From NCBI GenBank assembly GCA_046563655.1, contig CM102287.1, positions 1,798,001 through 1,862,000 on the forward strand: DNA of 64,000 bases. Direction: 5' to 3'. The translations under genes and the position numbers were made by a program. Position 1 is the first letter of the stretch; each line of letters begins with the position of its first letter. Below, one piece after another: positions 42,001 through 51,124 of the stretch. The DNA is from Yuukianura sp. NJ FZ-2021. Taxonomy: Eukaryota. The notes under the pieces were generated by a model. That model was given only the letters and a program-made list of their open reading frames with translations. It did no database searches and was not told the DNA's origin.

Positions 42001-45000
42001 CCTGGGCGCTGTTTCCGTAATGAGAATTTGTATCTCTCTGCGAGGGCTTTAGGGGCTGGTTTAAAGTGATTCTGCAGGGTTGTGATCAAGGTCTTAAGCT
42101 CCGCCTTGAGTGGTGAAATTGGTGATAGCAGATTCACTAGCAAGGAATATGTGGATATTCCGAGGGACGAAAGGAAAATGCCGGCGCATTTCTTTTGCAC
42201 GTCCGCGTCAGTGGATTCTGAGCTAAGTCCATTCGCTACGAGGAATGACTTATAGACATCCACCCAATCTTCGAAATCATCGCTTGATGAATCGAAGGGT
42301 TTTAGGGTTCCAACAATAGCAGTGGCCATGTTATTGTCCTGGAATAATTGGGCAAGTATTGCTGGAAAAGAGGGATGAGTTTTGGGCTTTTACTCTCGTC
42401 GCCAAAATGTGTGGTGTATGGAAAAGAAGAGTGTGTGTTTATTGGGCCGATTCTATGTGAGAAAGAGAATGAAGTGCTTGAGAGAGCTCGAGCTTTTATA
42501 GCTAAGACTTACGTGCTAAGAAAGGTGGGAGGAAAGTTGCATCAGCAATGATGCCTAAACTGGAAATAACTAGTTTCTGTAATTACGTAGTTTCTTACGT
42601 ACATTACAGTTTGTAATTTGTGTAATGTTTGTAAAATAACCTTCAAAAGTAATTAATACCAACAGAGATTCAAAATGACAGCCAGGATGCAAATATTTAC
42701 AACTGAAGGCAGACAACATGAATGATTTTTTCCAATACCAAGATTGACCAAGAGTATAATTAACTTTTCTATATATAAAAAAATCAAATATTTTCTAATT
42801 CCGCTTCTCTGTAAAAGTGGAGTATAGTATTCCACACCACTACCACCACCAGCATCACCACCACCACCACCACCACCACCACCACCACCGCCACCACCAT
42901 AATTCGTTATAAACTTAGCGCTAACGAAATTTTCTTTAGTTGCAAGTTTGTTTCCGCAGAGTGGGAACGTGCTGTATTTGGGATAATACTACCCATCCTA
43001 GCTCTACAATAATTGTAATATACGCTATGAACGTCTACTGCGGAGTTTGTGGCATTCCTTTTTCTCGAGCGGAAGGAGCTATAGCTGCAGGAGCCGGGGA
43101 GGTAGCACCAAAGGCCGGTTCGTCTGTGACAGAAGCCGGGGCGGGAGTCGCCAAGTCCGGAGCGGGAGTACCCGGCGCGGTAGGAGCGGGAGTACACGGC
43201 GCGGTAGGAGCGGGAGTACCCGGCGCGGTGGGAGCGGGAGTACCCGGCGCGGTAGGAGCGGGAGTGACCAAGGCCGAAGCGTATCGAGCGGGAGTGACCA
43301 AGGCCGAAGCGGGGGGAGCGGTAGCGGATGTTGCAGAACCGGATCCTCCCAGGCGCCGAAGAGGCCGACCGCGCAAATGCGTTGGGATTTCGCCAGATGT
43401 GTTTGCCACGCAACGCACTTTGCGACCAAGGATCAAACGCTTTTAAAAAAATCCTATTTGTTTCAAAAAGTTTTTTTTTTTGACTGAATAAACTGAATAA
43501 AACTTTTTTTCGATGGTGAAAAATTGTGAAATCAGGAACGGATTTTTGATTGTATATACAAAATTACATCAATTCAAAAAAGTTTTTCTGTTTGCAACTG
43601 AATAAATCCTTCTACTAATTTCTGTGGGTTGCCTACAGTCGTGTGCTGAATAATTTCGCACAAACAGAACCACCACCTCGCACCTACCGCCACCACCACC
43701 ACTACCACTGTGACGGTGGTGTATTTCCCCACCGTCAGAGGAGTAGGGGGGACCCGCGCAGGGCAGCAGAAGAGGAGGAGAGCAGCAGAGCCACGAGGCA
43801 AAGAGGACCACACCGCACAGCACAGTTTAGCTTTTAGTCTCATTTTAGTCTTTAGATCTTTATTCTGCGAATAAAGATCAGTCTCTTTCTTGGCTCACAC
43901 GCGGATGGTCGTCTCTTCCAGATCTTTTCTCGGGTTGACCGGGGGTCAACTCTACACCACCACCACGACGACGACGACCACCCACCACGTTCCGAAAACC
44001 ATTTGGTGGGAGTGTTGGGCTAAGAACGTGTCATGAGGGAACTATACGGAGGGGGATTGTAATAAGATATTACGAGGGAATTGCAGGGAAGATTAAGAAC
44101 ATATTACGAGTGTGTAGTGCAGCGGCCAGCAGGTTTGTCATGATAAATCTGAAAACTCAAGTTCGGTTTCTAGGTTTGTTTCCCGCTTAGTTCTTTTTAA
44201 CAGTATCTAACCAAATCTATTTTTGAATTGAAAGCTTAAATCATGGAAGGCTTGAAATGTCAATGTTCTTGTATGATGTACACACGCGCCCTGAGGAACT
44301 GAAGGCAGACGATGCGTAGGTTAAGTACCTAACGTAACCTGGCCCGTTGTGACTAATCGTTTATATTACGAATTAAATTCGTAAATCCTCGTGTGCATAT
44401 AACCTGCGAATCTGGATGGGAAGTTATCATTCAGAAAGACATGGAGGGATTTATGAACAATTTGGGGGTACATATGAAAGTTTGGGGAGACTAAAAATAT
44501 ATTCCGAGGGTACAGTGGGGTGACTATAAAAGTAGTTACCTACCAGTTGTAGGTTAGTGGACTAGGCGCACGGACCTGGGAAAATACATAATAAGGTGTA
44601 AGTCCGTCACAGTTCAGTCCCGTTGGTATAAGTATGCATCAACCGCTCTTTGCCGGAACTGACGTAGCAGACCTTCGTGCGTACCTACGAGAGGAAGCCT
44701 TAAGTCCTGGAGGCCCACGTGGAGTCGACTGTTACGCCCGTGCTCTTTTTGCCATCGATCGACCAGGCTCAGTTATCGAATCAAATTTAAATGAATTCAA
44801 ACAATGTACCCTCGACGCAGTTTTCTACCACTGGCACCTCGACGTTGAAGAGTTCTGTAACTCCAGCACTTGGTGTCACTCACTCTTCGTATCAAGAAGT
44901 CGAGAATTCTCCGGAATTTGCAGAGGTATGTTTGTTGAACGATTCTTTACTCTGCTCGGAAGATTTCGGCGCGGCGCCATCGCTGACTACGTCGACGCCG

Positions 45001-48000
45001 AGTTGCGCAATACGGACGCATCCAGTCTCTACAAAGGGATTGTGTACTTCACAACTTATCAACGAAACTATTTTGCGCGCTGGTGGGAACTGCGACCAAT
45101 TCGTGCCACCTGTAGTTCATACCGATTCTACTTGTGCCCAAATTCGTCGAATTATCGATCTGCCGATTCCGTCATGGTTCGCTGCGATGATGTTTGATAA
45201 CCCATTCTTGGAGATAAGAAGTTGAAGCTGCTTCATCGGGACTACATCACTTAGTGTCGATGCTAATCTTGGCTGTATGAAAAGGGTGTCTAGTTTGAAC
45301 CTCGCAACATTGCATCCGTGTTGAGTGAAGCAGGTCAATCCTAAGCACAGTCAATTCGTAAGCATGAACAATTCGTAAGCAGAAAATTCGCAAGCATGGC
45401 AAATTCGTAAGCACAGTCAGTTCGTAAGCATTCTCCAATCGTAAGCAAATTTTTTCGAATGCTTGTGTTTTCGTTTCGTAGGTTATGTGTTTAAGCTTTA
45501 AAATTGATGCTCTGTTAGGTTAGGCTAGGTTAGGTTTTTTAGATTATATTTTCTTCAAAATTTTGCAATTGAAATAGGTTTCACGAGGCTTACAAACGCA
45601 ATGCTTACGAATTCACCATGCTTACGAATTTACCGTGCTTTAAAATTTTAGCTTACAAAGTTGAGCTTACGAACTGACTGTTTACGAATTTGAGCTTACA
45701 AATTGACCTGGAACCGTGTTGAGAAGCTGACATGGTATCATGCAGTTGGATGTGAGTTGAACATTGATGTAGATACTCCAACATGCTGTTTGTGGGGGCG
45801 TGTGGGCTGCCAAGGAAGAAATTGTATGGTGATGTTTAAAACTATTATTTTTCAGAAATCACTTTCGTAAAATAGCTCCGTTTTGCGTTTTGTGCAATAT
45901 TAAAAAAAATTGATTTTTTTGTAAATGATTTTGATTTGTAAATGATTTGTATGTTTTGTACATGATTTGTATATTTTGTAAATGATTTAAGATGAATCTT
46001 CATCAATTTCACAACATCCAAAAACATTGCTGTCCATTCAATTTTTCTCAATTCAAACATATTAAAAAAAGTTTGCTTTCATTTGAATTGATACTGATTT
46101 GCTTTCATTTGAAAGTTTGTACGTTCGAAGGCAAAAAAAAAACGAAATTTACTTTTCAATGTACAAGGAGGATCAAATGTTAATAAACATTTGCGTAAAT
46201 TTGAAGAACTAGAAACACGACAACATACTGTCCATAGAATTCTTGAAAAAAACAACAAGGTAGGGCAATGCTCAAAGGGGTTGAGCATAGGTCTTCTGGA
46301 GGGAGTTGACAATTGATGCGACTTAAACCGGCCTGCCTCAAAACTGTAGAAGAACTGAGAAGCCGTTTTCATGTAACTGATGCACCAAAACATCGCTTAA
46401 ACTTTTCAGTGCGGGTGGTGTGAGGTACTACTTCGTGCATGAGTTGCACCAGAATTGGGTTGGCAATTCTACCATTTAATTGCAACAAAATTATGTTTCA
46501 GTTTTGAGCCCCAAAATATTTGCACTAAATTGATGTTCTTAATTTTTGAGCAAGATGCACATAATGTATTATCGGTGTTGATAAGGCAATGTACTCTTAG
46601 CGAAAAAATTTTGCAAAGGCAAATTTTAACCCTGCCAAGCACTGTTTCCATATTATGAGTTTAAGCCAAATTTTCTACCCTCTAGTTAAGTATTAAATTA
46701 ACAACGTAACTAAACATAGTGTCAGAAAATGACAGGGTCAAAACTTCGTTGTTTAAATATATTTTGAGTGTAATCGAAACCAAAACGTTTTCGGGAAACG
46801 ACTACACTGCGTCTGCGTAACGTGGCCGCTCACTTCGACGCTGTTAATTCTAGAATTTTAGTGCAATGTAGACCTACTGCAAACTCTTGAGCCAAACATA
46901 ACCCCCCGACTGCGATAGGGCTTATGTTTCAGTGGAAAGGGTCCTAAAAAGTGTGACGGACGGACAGACAGACAGACAAAGTCGTATCAATAGTCTTCTT
47001 CAGCACGTCGCAGACGTGCGTCTCCAGAAGACTAAAATTACAAACCAAAACAAAAGATGTTTATTGTACAAGGAAAAATTTTCCGGTTACTAGAACCAGG
47101 GAGCAAAACAACACCCCTTTCATTACTTTTTGAAAGAGATTCTGAAATTCTTGTGGATGAGGAGGAAGAGGAGGATGACGAATGTAATACATTTGGTACA
47201 ACACCAACCTGATCTCCAAAACAACATGACCTAAGCTCTAGACCAGTTCGAACCTTGTCAAAAAAAAAACAAATTTGGGAACCATAAATGAGATTTTTTT
47301 TTCACAAAAAAAAAAGCTGACGTTTGCAGGGACGGGCGCGCGCGCGGTCCCAGCTTTGCCATGGTGGGTTTTAAACGCAACATGCGACGTGGGGTGTTAA
47401 TCCCTACTACCCACGTGGGTTTAAACCCTGCGTGCAACTTGGGTTTAAAACCCTGCTTGCAATTTTTGAAAATGCACGCAGGGTCTAAAACCCAAGTTGC
47501 ACGCAGGGTTTAAACCCACGTGGACACTACGAACTTGGTTTTAACCCTGCATGCAAATTGAGTTTAAACCCTGCGTGCAACTTGGGTTTAAACCCTGCGT
47601 GCAACGTGGGTTTAAACCCTGCGTGCAACTTGGGTTTAAACCCTGCGTGCAACTTGGGTTTAAACCCTGCGTGCAACTTGGGTTTTAGCCCTGCGTGCAA
47701 CTTGGGTTTAAACCCTGCCTCCAATTAATCCAAATTTGACAAACATAAATTATAGTTACAACCAGTTCAGCAGAAAAAAAAGTTAACTGTTACAGGATCT
47801 GATATTTTGAAAAAACAAGTGCAGGGAACGGATGCAAAGAAAAAGTTTGCAAACTCTATGAAATGCAGTAGTATTATATTAGTTGATAAATGTAAAATTA
47901 ACCATTTAGGTTAGGTTAGGTAATGAAATGAAATGTAAAAATGAAAATTAGAAAAGGTTCTAAAAAAACATCAGCTTGCCAAATTTGGGAGGCATTTTTT

Positions 48001-48966
48001 TTTCAAAGTTCACATCTATATTTTCAGAATGTTGAGAAACCCATTTGAATTAGGCATAGACTGCACAAATGACCTTAGACTTTGGAATATAGTCATTCAG
48101 AGTTTTTTGCTGCAACACGTATACTTCCAATCGTTCTTAAACAAAATATGCTCAGTTGACTATTCGCAGAAGCTCTACTGCTTAAATTTTTTCCTAAATT
48201 TAAAAAGGACGCCTTGTTATTTAATCAGACATTCGAAAAGACCAAATTATAAATTCAATACAAAAATTTATTCACAAGATTAAGTTCGGCTCCAAACTCA
48301 AAGTATGACACACTTTCAATGTTCAATGCGTCGGACGGGACACTTATGACATATCGTCAAGAATGTTCAATAACGCAGATTTGGTTAAACAAATTGCATT
48401 TCGTTTTCCTGCTTTTACAATTGCTATCAAGTATTCCAACTGATTTGAGTTTAATTTTGACTCTTGATCTTGATCCGACGAGTCCGATTGCATCTCATCG
48501 TCATCTTCTTCGTCAGCCTCCGAATAGCTCTCTGAGCCTTCATTTTCCTCATTGTCCTCGCCATCGTCATCTACGGCGCCCACAATTGTTCGCAAACCGT
48601 CCAAAGTGAGTCGATGAGCCCCGACGTCGGCATTGTGTAGAGCATGTAAGATCAGTGATATGCTGGATTTGCTCATTCTAACCTAAAGGTTGCTAACCTA
48701 ACCTTTGGGGTAATGTGAGAATTACCCGAAATTTCCTAAGTTCCACGTATATTAACAACATTTAACCATCGTACCTACTCTGGACGAAGTAGTTACATCA
48801 GCACAATCAAAACACACGTATACGGGTACATTTCTCACAGTGCCCCAGTTTCAGGAATATGCGAAAACAGGGTTTCATTCTTATGTTGTCCCTCACAAGC
48901 AAAATTTAAACACCCAACCCAACCCCTTACCTCAGTTGGAAGGCTTTCAAACATGGAGTCTTGCAT
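39021..48966 (-). CDS. Spliced F-box protein gene, 106 aa (exons 48966-48931, 39366-39278, 39216-39021); intron 1 expanded to about 9.6 kb by nested TEs
   Basis: Manual splicing at GT-AG sites gives MQDSMFESLPTE|MMALVLSYLSNNELNTMRLVSREWKSRVD|RLALWKLVCY..., which fits the F-box pattern LP-E...L-SYL...L...VSR-W...LW. Intron 2 is 61 nt. The join of exon 1 to exon 2 is phase 0 but is inferred across 9.6 kb. The stop codon falls in the left TIR. Confidence 0.7.
39414..39471 (+). repeat. Third, diverged TIR copy; probable end of a nested, inverted relative of the element
   Basis: AGCAGCATGGTTAGTGTGGCCAAGAACATAAAACGTTTTTGGTTCGTCAGTTGAGTCA matches the reverse-complemented right TIR at 50/58 and the left TIR at 45/58. 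Confidence 0.8.
39695..39825. repeat. Degenerate repeat of about 10-bp period with a CCGA(C/G)T core
   Basis: CCGACT, CCGAGT and GACTC cores recur at roughly 10-bp spacing. Confidence 0.6.
40266..42329 (-). CDS. Gag-protease-reverse transcriptase polyprotein, truncated before RNase H/integrase
   Basis: Zinc knuckles CPNCGSKAH...C and CFACGKRGHFKKMC, protease LDSG, and RT motifs WASPVVVVPK, LPQG and FMDD. Retroviral sequence ends at ...SPAKIK (40317), after which the ORF reads into the LTR remnant. Confidence 0.92.
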   Translation of the reverse strand: MATAIVGTLKPFDSSSDDFEDWVDVYKSFLVANGLSSESTDADVQKKCAGIFLSSLGISTYSLLVNLLSPISPLKAELKTLITTLQNHFKPAPKALAERYKFSLRKQRPGESVSAFLAALRKMAITCKFGTNLPNHLRDQFIFGLTSERAQKAVFTKEDEVTLEEVLKVAVSHEAADTSAMVIRNPNTSEVNFASTARRPFQTPHRGRGRGRGGPQRGSAQSRPSGAQPSRNSQCPNCGSKAHSTARDCPHKDAECFACGKRGHFKKMCRNGRKPHTTHTVGHDTSENYVSNVNTVRQGPSLDAEYTILVKINGVNHVMELDSGCKTSLLSENFWRNSLGSPPLRKSSQVFRTFTDEKFKHLGELEVKVNYQGISRNYTFAVSKGKSLFGRDLTRLFGMEIALVDQSRCHNVSPNLPKQWTLNALLDEYADVFGPVNGTIRGFKAKVILKDNAVPKFYKARPIPFALRSKVDAELDTMEKTGVISRIEHSDWASPVVVVPKANGRVRITGDFKHTVNAQLNVTQYPLQRVEELFSLVSGGETFSRLDGPDAFHQVELEDSCKSCLVINTHRGLYRYNVLPQGIASSPAIFQEFMDTLLKSIPMSGSFMDDSVCSGRTEREHLQTLAMILQRMREANYRLSKPKCQFLKKSLDYVGFVLTKAGIQTSPAKIKELSQALHSLSHIESAQ
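42395..42404 (-). promoter_or_regulatory. Primer-binding site, probably tRNA-Ser(GCU)
   Basis: TGGCGACGAG lies 5 nt inside the 5' LTR and is complementary to a tRNA 3' end ...CTCGTCGCCA. Confidence 0.7.
42832..42899. repeat. Imperfect (CAC)n microsatellite
   Basis: Run of CCACCACCA...; shorter CAC runs also occur near 43670-43710 and 43955-43990. Confidence 0.9.
43027..43446 (+). pseudogene. Internally deleted paralog of the RING/AT-hook gene (139 aa: N-terminal CxxC, Gly-Ala-Val repeats, AT-hook tail)
   Basis: Starts MNVYCGVC (compare MIICSIC). Ends RRRRGRPRKCVGISPDVFATQRTLRPRIKRF versus KRRRGRPRKCVGISPVVLSTHRSLRPKIRRF in 49483-51124. Lacks the rest of the RING and the coiled coil. The frame is open, so it may be expressed. 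Confidence 0.7.
44634..45197 (+). CDS. Intronless hypothetical protein, 187 aa
   Basis: ATG-initiated ORF with ordinary amino-acid complexity, GC-richer than its flanks, TATAAAA about 110 bp upstream. No motif recognised. Confidence 0.4.
   Translation: MHQPLFAGTDVADLRAYLREEALSPGGPRGVDCYARALFAIDRPGSVIESNLNEFKQCTLDAVFYHWHLDVEEFCNSSTWCHSLFVSRSREFSGICRGMFVERFFTLLGRFRRGAIADYVDAELRNTDASSLYKGIVYFTTYQRNYFARWWELRPIRATCSSYRFYLCPNSSNYRSADSVMVRCDDV
45326..45713. mobile_element. Foldback/MULE-like MITE, about 390 bp
   Basis: Flanking direct repeat CCGTGTTGAG (45316-45325, 45714-45723; true TSD 8-10 bp). CAGGTCAAT / ATTGACCTG near the termini. Arrays of TTCGTAAGC on the left and inverted GCTTACGAA on the right. 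Confidence 0.75.
46254..47035 (-). mobile_element. HINE (non-autonomous Helentron derivative, DINE-1-like)
   Basis: On the minus strand it starts TAGTCTTCTGGAGACGC...AGAAGACTA plus a (GTCY)n microsatellite, and it aligns by eye for about 420 bp with 56848-57265. The 3' end has subTIR CTCCAGAAGAC (about 46301-46291) then hairpin ATGCTCAA-N5-TTGAGCAT (46268-46288). Inserted in a T-rich target. Confidence 0.85.
47411..47720. repeat. 24-bp minisatellite with palindromic core GGGTTTAAACCC, including a 113-bp inverted repeat (47411-47523)
   Basis: Unit CTTGGGTTTAAACCCTGCGTGCAA is tandem at about 47530-47720. Forward and inverted copies face each other at 47411-47523. Confidence 0.9.
48344..48676 (-). 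CDS. Hypothetical acidic protein or exon, 110 aa
   Basis: ORF with a D/E-rich core, preceded by a possible acceptor ...TTAG. No domain recognised. Confidence 0.35.
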   Translation of the reverse strand: MSKSSISLILHALHNADVGAHRLTLDGLRTIVGAVDDDGEDNEENEGSESYSEADEEDDDEMQSDSSDQDQESKLNSNQLEYLIAIVKAGKRNAICLTKSALLNILDDMS

Positions 48967-49057
48967 TGCCCCAACTTCTTCTTCTTCTTTTTTTTTGATT
49001 TGTGTTTGATATTTCTCTCGCAAACGATGTGTTGCGAACGAGAGGAAGTTCAGGCAA

Positions 49058-49254
49058 TTATATACCCCAGACCAAAAATGTATGAAACGTTCCATTCAGG
49101 TTGGGGCGTCCAAGGTCAACCGAACTGTCACCACACGAGAGTCCAAAGTCAACACCGATGAGCTCACCAAGGACAATGGGGCTGAGTCCAGGGTTTGCTT
49201 TGAAGTGAACTTCCTACCCTGCCATCTACTATATGGCATGAGGGTCCAAGGTCA
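49058..49254 (-). promoter_or_regulatory. Putative promoter of the F-box gene: TATA box plus a cluster of nuclear-receptor extended half-sites
   Basis: TATATAA (minus strand) at 49064-49058, about 90 nt upstream of the ATG. CCAAGGTCA at 49110 and 49246, CCAAGGACA at 49167, CCAAAGTCA at 49143. Confidence 0.5.
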
Positions 49255-49482
49255 TGTGCCCCCAAATCTAACTTCTCAACGTAACTGTTGCAAATCTAAA
49301 CTTGTTCAATTGGTATACTAAAACATCAAATTACTGTGAAAAGAATCAGAATTGCGTATTTTAATAAGAAATTCGATTTGACAAAATCAAAGAAAGTGTT
49401 GTGCAATGATAGTTGAATCATATTTACTTCTGAACTTTTTTTTTAATCAATTTCCAAATAACTTTGTGCAAAGAAAAACAAT

Positions 49483-51124
49483 TTAGAAGCGTCTGATCTT
49501 GGGTCTCAAGGAGCGATGCGTGGATAACACAACTGGTGAAATACCGACGCATTTGCGTGGCCGGCCTCTTCGTCGCTTGTGTAGATCGGTTCCAGAAGCA
49601 CCCGCTCCGGTTCCCGAAGCACCCGCTCCGGTTCCCGAAGCACCCGCTCCGGTTCCCGAAGCACCCGCTCCGGTTCCCGAAGCACCCGCTCCGGTTCCCG
49701 AAGCACCCGCTCCGGTTCCTGAAGCACCCGCTCCGGCTCTTGAAGCACACCTATCAGCTCCTTCCGCAGCGGCACTTGTCACACCCACGGCTGCTGCCGC
49801 ACTCACTCCGTCTCCCACTCCTGGCGTCACCGAAGCTGACGGTCCGTTTGCTGCTGCTGGTTGAAACTCCCTCTTGATAGTCATGCTGGACAGCTCCGAC
49901 CTCAAGCGAGCAAGTTCATCAACGGCTTCCTGCCTACTGCGGTCAGCTGCTGAAGCCCCAGCTTCGGCAAAATATGCAGAATCCCGTGCATTGCCTAGTT
50001 GTTCTTGTAAGTCGAATATTCGTTGTCCGTACGACGAACAAGATTCGTCCATCTGACGTTGCAAAGTGTCCATTCTCGCAGCTGATGAGTACTGCTCTTG
50101 AGCCAAACGAATCTTCTCAGCATGAACCTGAGCTTCGGACTCAAGTAGCCTTGCACTCAACTGCTCAACTCGGTTCTCGGATGCTGAAAGTCGCTGGTTC
50201 ATGCCGCTCATCACTGCAGTGTTGCTTGCCAAAGTTTTTTCCCTGAAGAAAACAACATACACAAACAATCATGAATGGAAATCAAATTGCAGCAAATTCT
50301 ACTTTTTTTTTTGTGAAACTTACCACGACTGCGTTTGGGATTTCAGTTCATTTTGTTTTTTTTCCAGCTCCAACTGGAGCTGAATGATGACCCTACTCTT
50401 GTGGGCAGAACCACATTCTACTTCAGTAGCTCGACGTGTTCTAAAAATTTAGCAAACCAACAAAATTTATTCTTTGTTTGCAAACGATTCCAAACATGTA
50501 AGATCAAAAAAAATAATTCACACTTACAAAACATTTTGCATAGGCAAAGATGCAACCCTCCCTTGAATATCATTGAGCACGGTCCGAATCTCACCGAGAA
50601 AAGCACTGAAACAAAAGCATACATTTAACTATTTAAAAAAATATTTCATGATAATAATAATAATTTTACAAACCTGGTGTTCTGGTTTTCGCCAGAAACA
50701 TAAGCCCCGTCGTGAGCGGAGAAGTAGATTCTCCGCCCATCAACTCGTTCGCCCATAGTTTTGACGACAGCATAACACACTGGACATGGTGTCCTGCAAA
50801 AAAAACAAGCAGATTAAAACCTCACTTAAAAATATTTTTGAGTTATAAACATTAACTTCGAATTAAAAAAAAAACTTACTCAACTTCGTTTTGATGCCCA
50901 AGGCATCCTGGGTTTTTCGACGCCGCCCAGTTGATCATGCACAACCTAAAAAAAAAGACACATCAAACGTTTGCTGCATTTTGGAAAAACACAAACTACA
51001 AAAAAAAACTTTTTTTTCCTTACCAGTGCAACACGTGGTTGCACTCGGTGACCACGACCACCGACTTCGGATCTGAAGGCGGGTGTTCCCCAAGCACTTC
51101 CCGACAGATTGAACAGATAATCAT
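49483..51124 (-). CDS. Six-exon RING-H2 / coiled-coil / Gly-Ala repeat / AT-hook protein, 413 aa; putative E3 ubiquitin ligase with TRAIP-like architecture
   Basis: Exons 51124-51024, 50945-50880, 50793-50674, 50605-50528, 50440-50324 and 50242-49483. All five introns are GT-AG and phase 2, and the join has no stop. Translation: MIICSIC...TECNHVLHWLCMINW...TPCPVC...RIYF, then a heptad-like L/E/Q-rich region, about 7 x GAGASGT, then RRRGRPRK. Confidence 0.88.

Larger units (their letters stand above)
40237..42608 (-). mobile_element. Internally deleted Ty3/Gypsy LTR retrotransposon (Mag-like)
   Basis: 5-bp TSD GTTTG (40232-40236, 42609-42613). Full 199-bp 5' LTR at 42410-42608 (TGTGGTGTA...TACATTACA). 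An 80-bp 3' LTR remnant at 40237-40316 is identical to 42410-42489. PBS TGGCGACGAG at 42404-42395. Confidence 0.92.

Noticed and set aside
44590..44634. Baculovirus-type late promoter (A/G)TAAG before ORF 44634
   Set aside because: A 5-bp motif is common by chance in AT-rich DNA and no viral core genes are nearby.
47527..47724. 65-aa ORF (AGFKPKLH repeats)
   Set aside because: It is a translation of the 24-bp minisatellite.
47906..47921. (TTAGG)3 as a telomeric array
   Set aside because: Only about 3 units, interstitial; similar short runs occur in TE interiors elsewhere in the window.
42907..49877. Alternative-frame and antisense ORFs over the Gly-Ala repeat regions (for example 43035..43436, 49499..49864, 49424..49750)
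   Set aside because: The GC-rich repeats lack stops in several frames. Only the frames ending in the AT-hook tail give a recognisable motif, and at 49483 that frame splices into the RING gene.
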